Of a DNA stretch of 64,000 bases, positions 19,199 to 30,100 are shown one piece after another. A program made the position numbers and the translations under genes. Location of the stretch: the IMG/VR virus record IMGVR_UViG_2595698394_000001, positions 17,866 through 81,865 of that record. One strand, written 5' to 3'. The notes beneath the pieces were generated by a model that did no database searches, was not told where the DNA came from, and saw only the letters and a list, made by a program, of their open reading frames with translations. Source of the DNA: a virus (Duplodnaviria; Heunggongvirae; Uroviricota; Caudoviricetes). Numbering within the stretch: the first letter of the stretch is position 1; every line of letters starts with the position of its first letter.

Positions 19199-21886
19199 TT
19201 ACCTTTTTTTACCTCCCCATTTTAGTTTGTTTTGAGTAGCTTGATTAAACTTAACTTTTTTAAGCATATCTTCTACACTGTCTCCTTGCCCAATCTGTTT
19301 AAATCCTGAACCATCATATTGAAACTTATCATTCACGGCATTCATATAGTTTAACTCTTCTATAGTTTTGAAGTTAGTCATATGAGTGTTTTGCTGCGTT
19401 TGGAAATAATCTCTAAAATCATTCTCAGTATTTGTCATCCCTTGTAGCATTCTTTGCTCATATGATAAGGCGTCTGCTGCATTTGCATTGACTTCCATAT
19501 CTCCTTGTCTTACGTTAAAAGCATCTGCTTGTTGTTGTGCTTTTTGATTAGCTAAATTAGCCTGAGAAATGTTTTTGCTTACACTGTCCTGAGTGTTAGC
19601 TGCTACTTGAGCTAAAGCTGCGCTTCTACTTGCGTCTGGCCTTTCATTTAAAGCTGCCTCAGCAGATTGTTGAGCGACATTAACTTGACTTATAGCTTGA
19701 GAAGGATCAACCATTGTAGGGTCTATTCTTCCATATCTCCTTTCAGCTTTTAATACTGGTTGTAATGTAGATGGAAGTAAAGTCTCTTGGCTAGGCAAAG
19801 GTACTATGTTAGCTCCTTCTCCATTATTCCCTTGTCTGCTTGGGTCTGTTCCTTCTGGCAAGCCTTCTCCTGAAGGTCCTCCCCATTCACCTGCATATTG
19901 TTTTCCAGGAAGTCCTCCTGTTATATCGGAACTACCTACAGGAGTTATTGGAAGTGTATTATCATAAGGCAGTTGAGCTGTTTGAGTTTGTTCTCCAAAT
20001 TTAGAATCTACTTTTGGATACTTTCCTGTTGTAGAACGACTTTTAAACTCTGATTGGAATCTTCTTACGTCTTCTGGATTCTTAGGATCGAAATTATCCC
20101 AGTTGAACCAAGGGTTTCTAAGCATGGTTTCTGATAACATTTGTGGAGTAACATCACCATATAACCCTGTTTCTGGGTCCCTATGTTGTCCTTCTGGAAA
20201 ACCAGAAGTCTCGCCATTAGTTCCAAAGCTTCCTCCTGATTGGAACTTTTTTACCATCTCTACCGCTTTTTCAGGGGAAATGCCATAATTTTTAGCATAT
20301 TCTGTTATCTGGTCTGAGTTATACCTTTGTCCTCCTATTTGAAAAGTTTCTTGCACTTGTTCTGACTTAGGCTTCGCCTCTTCTTGTAAACTGTAAGCTT
20401 TATCAAAAAGCATTTTTTTAGCTTCTTCTAAAGGTTTTTTCTTTTCCTCTAGCTCATTTATTTTTTTAGACAAAAATTGTAAATTAACTTCTTTAGTAGG
20501 GGAGTCATCTTTTTCAGTCTCCTTACTAACTTTAGACATTAACTCCTCTTGCTCTTCATATAGTTTTTTCAGTCCTGATTTAGATGTAAATTTATCTATT
20601 ATAGTGGAGTAAGTATCTTTTGCTTTAACTTCTATTTCAAAGTTATCCCTAATCATTTTTGCCGTGTCTCCACCTATCTTAGTGTGATCAGATAAAACTT
20701 TTTCCCCTTCTTTTAAATCGATAGCTACTCCTCCTTTTTCATGAGTCTCTCCTTTTATCTCAGATACTTGATTACCTTCTGTTTTAAGGTACTCACCTTT
20801 CTCTACTTCTGCATTAGGCTGCTCAGAGTTTTCTCCTGAAAATTGACCTGAAAGAACTTCTTCTTGAGTGAGCTCTCCCCCTGATTTAAGCATTTTAGGC
20901 TGGCCACCATTTTGATAAGAAGCTTGAGTAAGCTTGTCTCTTTGACCTTTGTTATACTCATCCTCTACAAAATCATTCCTCCTTTGAGTGCCCATTCCTC
21001 CAAAGAAGTTTCTTGCTAATCCAGTTCCCACTTTTACTCCTGCAAGAAGAGATCCTCCAACATCTCCTCTTTCTACACTTGCACCTAACATACTAGTTGC
21101 TGTAGGGATGTCTACTCCTCCATAAGGGTTGAATAGTTGTGTTTTTTCTGGATTTTCTATTTGCGTTGAGTTTAAGCCTTGTTTATTAAGACTTTCATTG
21201 GCCTTGTTTTGAGCAGATGCCGATATAGCTTCTTGAGACTCATTAGCAGGATTTAATGGTTTTTGTGAAAATATCTCATCTAAGTTTACACTAGAATCAA
21301 CCTGACTAGGAACCTGTGCACTAGAGAAATCTAAATAATCTTCTTCTGGTGCTGATGACTCTGGAAGTGGTTGCCCTTCTGCTGAAGGAATAACAGGTTT
21401 CTGAGAAGCTGTTAAGCTTTCCATATAATCGTTGGTAAACTTTTCTTGAGTTGTTAAAAAATTATTGGCAAATGTAGGAGCTGACTGTGGATACTCGTTA
21501 GAGTAAGGCTTTGGATTGCCATTATAGTTCTCATCTGCTGGAGATGAAAAACCTCCAAAATCTCCATATTGATCTGGAAAAGAGCCTATATTAAATCTTG
21601 CTTTAGAACCACTTTCTTCTGCATATTGGATTCCTCCTGCTTGAAAATTTGGTACTTCTAAAACTGCATAAGCCTCCCTAAAAGAATGCTCTTCTTCAGG
21701 CTTCATGAACTTCATTGAAGTCATTTCTCCCTCAGTTCCTAACCCTATACCTATTATACTTTTATCCACACCTTTCATAGTAATAGAGTTAGAAGGTATT
21801 AAGTTGGATGAGTTATCTTTGTCAGGAGAAGTTTTCTTATACCCTTGAGTACTAGTGCCTCTTTTATACTTTTTACGTATTGCCAT
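19199..21886 (-). CDS. Putative virion cargo protein, 895 aa, with multiple phi-[QK]-x-GG motifs
   Basis: IPSNSITMKGV...EVPNFQAGG N-terminal module and NAEVEKGE...HEKGGV...SD module, recalled from crAss-like cargo proteins; Gly-rich amphipathic segment; TAATG-coupled to the upstream gene. Confidence 0.6.
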   Translation of the reverse strand: MAIRKKYKRGTSTQGYKKTSPDKDNSSNLIPSNSITMKGVDKSIIGIGLGTEGEMTSMKFMKPEEEHSFREAYAVLEVPNFQAGGIQYAEESGSKARFNIGSFPDQYGDFGGFSSPADENYNGNPKPYSNEYPQSAPTFANNFLTTQEKFTNDYMESLTASQKPVIPSAEGQPLPESSAPEEDYLDFSSAQVPSQVDSSVNLDEIFSQKPLNPANESQEAISASAQNKANESLNKQGLNSTQIENPEKTQLFNPYGGVDIPTATSMLGASVERGDVGGSLLAGVKVGTGLARNFFGGMGTQRRNDFVEDEYNKGQRDKLTQASYQNGGQPKMLKSGGELTQEEVLSGQFSGENSEQPNAEVEKGEYLKTEGNQVSEIKGETHEKGGVAIDLKEGEKVLSDHTKIGGDTAKMIRDNFEIEVKAKDTYSTIIDKFTSKSGLKKLYEEQEELMSKVSKETEKDDSPTKEVNLQFLSKKINELEEKKKPLEEAKKMLFDKAYSLQEEAKPKSEQVQETFQIGGQRYNSDQITEYAKNYGISPEKAVEMVKKFQSGGSFGTNGETSGFPEGQHRDPETGLYGDVTPQMLSETMLRNPWFNWDNFDPKNPEDVRRFQSEFKSRSTTGKYPKVDSKFGEQTQTAQLPYDNTLPITPVGSSDITGGLPGKQYAGEWGGPSGEGLPEGTDPSRQGNNGEGANIVPLPSQETLLPSTLQPVLKAERRYGRIDPTMVDPSQAISQVNVAQQSAEAALNERPDASRSAALAQVAANTQDSVSKNISQANLANQKAQQQADAFNVRQGDMEVNANAADALSYEQRMLQGMTNTENDFRDYFQTQQNTHMTNFKTIEELNYMNAVNDKFQYDGSGFKQIGQGDSVEDMLKKVKFNQATQNKLKWGGKKR

Positions 21887-24105
21887 TATGTTAAATTTTT
21901 ATTTTCTGAGTTAAAGTTATTAGCTATATTATTCATCAGCCATATAACATCTTCTTCTTTGTAATTTTTTAATAATCTATTTTTACTAAAACTTTTCTTA
22001 GCTTTTTCTAAGTGTTTTTTACCAAAATCTTCTTTTCTGGCATCATAAATACCTTCTTTATTCAATATAAATCTAAAAGCTTGAAGGTCAGATTGGTTTT
22101 CTTCTGGTTTTAAAGAATGCTTATCTTTTACTGATGGTTTTAGCCTGTTTGTTAACTCCTCTATATCTCTCTTATTTAATCTGGTATGGGAATCTAAGTC
22201 GTAATTCATAGCATGGTTTAGTTCATGGGCTACTACTTCTTCTTTAGATACAGGTCCTATTTTTTCTAACTTTGCTAATTGAGACTCATCATAAATTACA
22301 CTCCTACTTTCTTTATCAAATTTAGACCCTACTGTGCTGTAAGGTGTATCAGTAATCTTATTAATTAATTGTCTACCAACTCCTGGCTGAGATTCTTGGT
22401 CTATTTGAGTAGTCTTAAGAAGATTACTCATTCTTTGTGCAGCTTCTCCTATAGGGTTTTCATATTGAGAATTGTTTAATCTTTCAGAATATTTGTCTGA
22501 CTGAATGTAATCAAGCATAAAATTTTTAGGTTGCTCTCCTCCTGCTTGTGCATAGGTAAGATTACCATTATTTTCCGAATTATCTGCTACTGTATTTAAT
22601 ATACCTTTTATTTGAGCAGGGCTATAATATTTAAATAGAGGATTATCTGTTTTTTGTAATTCTTCAATCTGTTTATCATTAATAACATCCCCTGGTTTAA
22701 CATTCAAATGCTTTCTCATCTCCATAACTCTAGGATAAAGTTCTCCATTTTCAGATAAATATCTAGAGTGGTTGATAGTGTTATTTAATTTAGATTTACC
22801 TATTCCTGTTGAATCGTCGATATTAAATTCTTGTCTAATTGCATCTTTAAAAGGTAATCCTGTTTTTCCTTGAATTGCTGCGGCAGGAGTTCCGAAGTTA
22901 TCTCTGATATATCTAGTTAAGTCCTCGTCTACTCCCATTGCATGAGTAAACTCATGTGTAGCAGTACTTTGAGTTGGAGTAGTAAAAAAAGAAATGTTTC
23001 CATTTTTAAACTCTGCATCTGCACTCTTATCGTTTGTAGGAGAATTATAGTTTATTTGTGCTCTGTCAATGTTATTTACGCCTTCTTCTATTTTAGGTAA
23101 AGTATAGTTAAAGCCTTTTCCCACGTTAGCTGAATATCTTGCTTTAGTTGTAGAATCATTAAACCAATTTTTAACAAACTCTTTACTTTCAGAAACTACT
23201 GCCTCCTTAGTTGCAGGTTTAGTGGGAGGATCTACTTCCCCTCCTTCTTTTAAAAAGTTTTGTAGAAATTCGTTTTCTTGAGGAGTGTATAAATCATAGC
23301 CTACACTATGTTCTGGCTCCTGTTGGATCTGAGTAGGTTCAACAGGTACTGGTTTACTTGAAAAAGGACTTGTTAGTGGTTGTTCTTTTTGTTCTGGTCT
23401 CAGCTGCTCTACAACACCTTTTATGATATCATCTTGAAACTTTAATTGATTAAACGCCTCCTGTGTTTCTGGTGGCATAACATCTTGTGGTATACTATTA
23501 GAAGTCTTTGTTTTGCTGCTTTGAGATAAAGGGTTAAAAGTATTTACCTTAGGATAGGTAACAGTTGTGTTGTCTACCTTTACTTCTTTTTCTGGGTAAT
23601 AAGTGTTTTTGTAACTTGAAGACCCATCAGACTTTTTTTTTTGGTTAAAATTTGAGTACACTTTTTCTGCATACTCAAGCCTTTTTTTATACCCTTTGTC
23701 CTCAGGCGTTTCTCCTGACCTTTCAAAATCTTGTACAAATATTCTGGCTGCTTCGTCTACAGAAGTGGCGTTAAAAAAGCTTTCCTTTTTCTTCTTTGAT
23801 AACCAACTGTTACCTGTAGACTTCAGCTCTTTATCTAAGAACTCTAATTGGGTTTGAAAATCTGTTGCCTCTGTGCCTTTACTTTCTGCATACTTGTATA
23901 AGGATTTTTTTCTATCTCCTAACCATTGAGCTATACCTATAGCTCCAATAGAGTTTACAATACTGCTATCTAAGTGTGCATAAGACTCTTGCATTAAATT
24001 ACCTACTATGGCAGAAGCTTGATGGGGTTCATAGCCTCTACCTAATAGGAAATTATAAGCATGTTTTTGCTTTTCTTCTGGATTTTTATCTTTATACCTT
24101 GCCAT
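21886..24105 (-). CDS. Virion-associated multidomain protein: phage tail lysozyme (Phage_lysozyme2-like) + two tandem zincin-like metallopeptidase domains
   Basis: ASAIVGNLMQES...AIGIAQW...QLEF...FER lysozyme motif; HEFTH (22942-22956) and HELNH (22213-22227), each followed by a distal Glu helix. Confidence 0.75.
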   Translation of the reverse strand: MARYKDKNPEEKQKHAYNFLLGRGYEPHQASAIVGNLMQESYAHLDSSIVNSIGAIGIAQWLGDRKKSLYKYAESKGTEATDFQTQLEFLDKELKSTGNSWLSKKKKESFFNATSVDEAARIFVQDFERSGETPEDKGYKKRLEYAEKVYSNFNQKKKSDGSSSYKNTYYPEKEVKVDNTTVTYPKVNTFNPLSQSSKTKTSNSIPQDVMPPETQEAFNQLKFQDDIIKGVVEQLRPEQKEQPLTSPFSSKPVPVEPTQIQQEPEHSVGYDLYTPQENEFLQNFLKEGGEVDPPTKPATKEAVVSESKEFVKNWFNDSTTKARYSANVGKGFNYTLPKIEEGVNNIDRAQINYNSPTNDKSADAEFKNGNISFFTTPTQSTATHEFTHAMGVDEDLTRYIRDNFGTPAAAIQGKTGLPFKDAIRQEFNIDDSTGIGKSKLNNTINHSRYLSENGELYPRVMEMRKHLNVKPGDVINDKQIEELQKTDNPLFKYYSPAQIKGILNTVADNSENNGNLTYAQAGGEQPKNFMLDYIQSDKYSERLNNSQYENPIGEAAQRMSNLLKTTQIDQESQPGVGRQLINKITDTPYSTVGSKFDKESRSVIYDESQLAKLEKIGPVSKEEVVAHELNHAMNYDLDSHTRLNKRDIEELTNRLKPSVKDKHSLKPEENQSDLQAFRFILNKEGIYDARKEDFGKKHLEKAKKSFSKNRLLKNYKEEDVIWLMNNIANNFNSENKNLT

Positions 24106-24110
24106 AGCGT

Positions 24111-24119
24111 GTAAATATA
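24111..24119 (-). promoter_or_regulatory. Promoter-like element TATATTTAC (TAnnTTTA variant)
   Basis: Intergenic, 5 nt upstream of the ATG at 24105. Confidence 0.4.
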
Positions 24120-24151
24120 CTACTTAGTCTGTTTATTACCAACTTTCTAAA

Positions 24152-27100
24152 TTAATTTGACTCGTTGTTTATTACCCACTGAAGGTCCACTTCATACCGA
24201 GTGTCTCCTGAGTAAGTTAACATTACATTAAAGGCCGTACCACTTAAAGTCTCTAGCACTTTTTTGCCATTCATACTCACAGCTTTAGGATTTATTTCCT
24301 TTCCAATGTCATTTATATCCTTTTTCCATATAGGCTGATTGTTAGAATTAGATTTAACCCTATTCCAAAAATAGTCAAAAGACCATAAATCTTCACTGTT
24401 GGTAATTAGTATATCTTGTTCTATACTACTTCTTTTAATTGGATACTTTGGTATTTGAGATAATGTTTTTTGAGGGACTAGGTTTAAGTTCCCAGAGTTT
24501 TCTTTAGTACTCCATATAGTTGCCTTATCCCAAGTTACGTCATTTCTATAAGCAAAATCATACTCATCGTGGTATCTTTTTGTATCTGATTTAAATGAAA
24601 CACTATTTAACTTAGTTTCTTTTAGGTCAGTCTTTGTAGCAAAAACTACACTAGAATCATGCTTATCTCCATAAAATACCCTGAAAGACTTATTAGTTAA
24701 ATTATGAGACCATAGCCCTTTGTCTTTCACTCCTGTTTGGAAGTAATTATTATGTGCTATATAGTAATTAGGTGTAAAGCTGTAATAGCTTATCCATGAT
24801 TGTTTTAAAGGGTCATAGGCCAGTGTCCAAGAAGCATCTTCAAAGTACTCTTTATCTTCTAACTCCACTTTAACTAAAGGCTCATACCTAACCTCTATTG
24901 TAGAAGCACTTTCGCTATCATTTACTAAGTTATCTAAATCAGCTTTAAACTGTGTACCTGTAAACACTTCGGATGCTGGAGTTACTTTATCATAGAAACC
25001 TGTCCATCCAAAATTTTCAAGAGGTTCTAAGTATTCTTGAGGAGTAGTGTTTGGTAATGGATATCCAATATATGGGTTCTCACTTAAAAGTAAACTTACA
25101 TCCACTACAGTATTTGTGTTGTTAATTTCTTGTTGGGAAAGTAGTTTACCTTTTAAAGCTGCTAATGCTTGGAGAACTAAAGCCCCTCCTGCCCCTGTAG
25201 TACTTTGGACTATAGGATATAAAGCTGCTTTAAAGTACTCATAATGGTTAGTGTAGTCCTCTTTAAAATTGCTATAATCAGTTAAGAAAGTGGCTGTTGG
25301 CTGTTGGGGTGCTGCGAATCCATTGCTTACTCTAGTATTATGATAACTAGAGTTACTTTCATCTATGAAAGCCAATAGTAACACATCTTTTGGAGCCTCC
25401 CATTGTGGAGTATTTAAGTTATCTGGGAGAATCGCTATTTCATTCCATGCTGTAGAAGATGTTGCAAATATATTACCATTTTTTATAGCTGTAGGGAAAC
25501 TTACATAGTTTTCTGCTCCATAAGGTATGATGTAAAGTTTACCTGTATAATTAGGTTTGCTTAATTTAAAAGCATCAAACCAAGCATTTAAAGCTATAGA
25601 GGCTGAAATACCGTCAGTAGGTTGCATAGAAGTTGTGTCAAAAGTAGCATAAATATCTGTACTTTCAGTGATACCACTAGTCTCTTTTGTAAACTTAAGT
25701 TGACCTCCTTCTATACCTTCATAAGTAAACCCGTCAGTAATGTACTGAGAAATTATATCTTCGTACCCTTCTAATTTATAAAAACTGCCTCCATCATAAG
25801 TCATATCTTTTAAAGGATTATAATCTTTTTTAGTAAAAAATACCCTCTTGTATCTGTCATCATAACCTACAGTAAGTCCAATACCATTGTATGCATTGTC
25901 TGTATTTATCTCCTCATAGTTAACTACTTTTGATTTTAATATTTTAAAAGGCAAGTGCTCTTTGAACCAATTGAACATTCCATTTGGCCTGTTTTGGCTT
26001 CCAAATTTAGATATTTCTTTTACTCCTTGAGAACTCGGCATTACTTGTATTATAGAACCTCGTTTACAATCTGTGAAGAAGTGTCCAAATTCATTAGAAG
26101 ACATTTCAGAATGTTGGCTCCCGTATTTTCCTAGATCGGTTTTAGAGAAGTCTCTTGTTCTTCTAGAGAATAGTCCTCCATTACCAAGAATATCTACTTC
26201 TGGTCTAGAACCATCATCTACTGTCGTATCTACAGCATTATGAACTTCCATAGTGTCCGTAAATCTAACTAGTATCTGATCATTTTCTATCCCTCTAATC
26301 TCTGTTAATTCCCCGTTAGAAGAGGAAAAAGAGAATTTATCTAGGGGTCTGAAAGTCAACCAAGGGTCACTCAAATCGTTTTCTGAGTTATCTTGCAGTG
26401 AGTATATCCCACCATTAGGCTCATCATATCTACAGTCATACTCTTTCTTGCTATAAGTTGCAGGGAGTGTTCTATACAATGATGTTGTAATATTTTTAGA
26501 ATAGTTAAAATTATAGAAGAAGGTGTTTCTTGCTCTAATAGAAACTTTCTTTTCTTGAGTCCAGTCCATGTAGTCTCCTACATTTGGATAAAAGTTGTTC
26601 TCTGGTTCTTTTTTCCCATATCTAAAATTAGTGTTTATAGTTGTTTCTGTTAGGAAATTTACTACTCCGTAATAGTACAAATAAAACTTAGTTGGAGGCT
26701 CTATGTAAAAATCTCTACTACCTGTTAAACAGTCAAAATTATATTCACTTTCTATTGAAGGGAAACCTTTGTCAATATTCGTTTTATTTGGAACTTCGTA
26801 GTTACAAAAGTACCTTGGCTCTTCTCCTATGTTTCCATAAAACTTGTAATTAAATGGTATTAAAGATTCCAAATCGAACGCATCTCTTAAGAATAATGGC
26901 ATCTTTCTTTTTAATGAATGTCTGCTAATAAATACATCTCCTCCAAATATAGGAAGACAAGTATTTTTAGGCCTTAGTAAATCTCCTTTGTAAGAAGTAG
27001 ATAACCACTTAACAGAGTCTATGGGCCCATACTGTGCTGGTAAGTAATTTTTTAAAGCTACGTAAGGGGAAGCTATGTTTCTTATAGCCTCTTCTGATCT

Positions 27101-30100
27101 CCCCGTTTGGCAGTTATTTGTTTCACTAGAATAGAACCTACTAGCTTGGGATTGGTTATCTTTGTTGTTATCATAGTTTTGGTACTCTGAGCTGTAGTTT
27201 AAAGGGTAGTCTTTTCCAAAACTTAAGAATACAGAGTCTTCCCTTTTGATATTGTTAATTTGAATCTCTTCAGCGTTAACATTATCAATAAGTATCTTCT
27301 TACCGTCTTTTAAATACTTCCCTACATTTATACTTCTTAAAAGATTGCCTTCTGTTTGAATATTTTTTATATAATTATAATCCCCTACTGATGAGTAGTA
27401 GTTAGCAAAGTTTTGTGGTGTACCTAAGTTTCTAAAAGTTTTAAGCCACTCATACTTGTACCTTCCATACTTAAATAGAATAGAGTCAAATACTTGGAAT
27501 CCAGCAGCTATTGAAGCAAATATAATACCTGCAAAAGTACCTCCAGTAGCTAGACCTCCAAAAAATAAGTTGTTACCACTATAAGCAGAAGCTACATTTA
27601 AAGCTGCCTCTGACAGAGTTTCTGCTGTTGCTAGCTTAGATGCCAACTTAGTAGCTTCGCTTCCTAAGATAACCCATTTAGGATGATCCTCTACTTCATC
27701 AGTAGCTCCTCTAGACTTTCCAAACATATAGCTTTCTACTTTCAATTCTGTAGGTAAAGTAGGTCTTTGGTAATCTGTTTCAGGTGTGTGTAGAGTAAAG
27801 TTATGGTTTTTACTTCCTCCATAAGGGTGAGGGATGAGACTGTTCCTATTAGAATCTTTGTAATTTAAAATGTCTTCTCCTAAATCATTGTAAGGATAGT
27901 TAGAGTAAAGTATCGTTTTATTCTTCTCTTCATATTCATACATGTCATACATTAGACCTTTTGCAATTATACTTTTGTCTATACTTCTGTCTCCTCTGAA
28001 AATTTCGTAAGATACTATCGAGTCTCTCTGTTCTTGAGTTACTAAATTGTTTTTCACAGCTAAATCTAAGAATGCATTAATTACTGTCTCATCTATAGTA
28101 ACACCTAGAGGGTATATTATAGCAGAAGAAAAACCTACCTGGTTCGAATTGTAGATAAAAGGAGAAACCGCATTATCTGGAAATTTAAAATGCCTTATAG
28201 GAGTACACGTCAAATTAGTGCTACCCTTTAATTTATAAGTTCCGTTTGAAGAATAACTAGTGAACTTTGATTCAAAGTCTTCTCTTATAGAACTAGGGAT
28301 ATCTTCCTCTGTTATTACTAGGTTTGAAGAGTCATACAGCTCTGGGTTATCTGGGTACTCTTCAGTACTTTCCCAATATGCAAAACTACCAAACTTACTT
28401 GGAATTAAGCTACAATCATCTACTACAGGAACATTGAAATCACAGTCTGCTACATAAGTTTGCACTTTGTCGAAAGAGATACCACTGTAATCTACAGTTA
28501 AGCTTTTTAATTCTATGTCTCTAACACCTACTCCATAGCATCCGTTTGCTGGTTTAATAGTATATTGAGCTCCTTTTGTATTAGTAGAATAAGGGGCCTC
28601 TACAGCTATGTATAGCTTAGTTGAAACAGTTGTTGAAGAAGTTCCTGCCTCTGCTGTAGATTGTTTAAATTTAAGTCCTGAGGATGTTTTTTCTACTAAC
28701 ACCTGATGTCCTTCTGAATTGTTGAATATATCACAGTATAAAGAGGTCCCTGAATAAGGGTTATCAAAAACGCTTATTCGAGATTCTGTACTGTCATTCC
28801 ACATATCAGTCTTCGAAGTTTTAACTAGCTTAGTAACTTCTAGAATGAAATCTTCTTTATCCTTAATATCTACTTCAAACCAAAGGCTACTTTCATGGAC
28901 TTTGACTGAAAATATAGAACTACTGCAAGAAACGTTAAAATCCTCTAGTTGAATAGATGAGATGTCAGTTGTTCCTCCAAAATGTTCATTGTAATAATTA
29001 GTTGCAAGTTGTTGGGAACTTTCTCCTAAAAATACTAACGACTCTGCATAGTTAGGCTTATCATTAGTAAAAATGAAATTTTTAGAATAAACATTTTTAC
29101 TGGCTAAAGTTATAGGCCCTACTAAAATAGCTGGCACATACTGTTCCTTGAACTCTGTGTCTGTTACATTATTACCTTCGTTATCTGTAGCATAAGGTTC
29201 ACAATAACTGTTAGGACTAAGTTTCCTATACTCCTCTGGAAAATTTTTGTAATTCAATGTTTCCACTGGGTTATTAATACTCCCTATTTTGAAATACTGA
29301 TTAATAAGAGAAGGTGAGGTACAGTTTTCGAAATTAGGCGTACAGTTAGGAGTGCTGTCTAAATTTAATTGGCTACAAAAACTGAAAACCACACTTTGAC
29401 AGTTCCCTGTTTCAAGAATCTCATTTATAGTATCTTCTATACTTACAAAATCCTCTATATCTGTAATTGTAAATCTTCCAGAAGAGACTGACACTGCATT
29501 GCTTACTGTACAATTTCTCTCCGTCTCTTCTGTTATTATATTAACTTCTACTTCCTCTGATAAAGAACAATACCCTTCTTCTTTAGCTGTATTGTAAAAC
29601 TGCCATTTCTTATCTCTTAGCTCACTATTACATATTGTCCCTCCATTATTTATAGATTGGCTGTCTAAGTTATTCACTTGAAGTAAGTCCTCTGTTTCAG
29701 CAGGTCTAGAAACTAAAGGTTTTAAGGCTGTTTTGTATCCTGTATTTGTATGAAATCTTATTGAGAAAGGGACTACTTCATCTCTCATATAACCTTTTTC
29801 TACTACTCCTTTTTTATAGTATTCTTCAGTAGTAATATGTGTTTGCCATTTTAAAAAAGATCCTAATAAGTTTACAATTGGCTGTAAGTTCCACTCTTTC
29901 TCTACTTCAGTACCATAGCCTATAAGATAATTGTTCGCTTGAGTAATACCTTTTAAAGTTAAAATATTAGGTCTTACTCTAAAAATGCTGTTTATGCTAG
30001 TTTCAGTTTTACCCTTATCTGTGGTATATAGTATTGAGTTATCAGTAGTACTATGAATACCTTCTTCAACATACTTAATAGCTCCATCTAAGCTAGTGTT

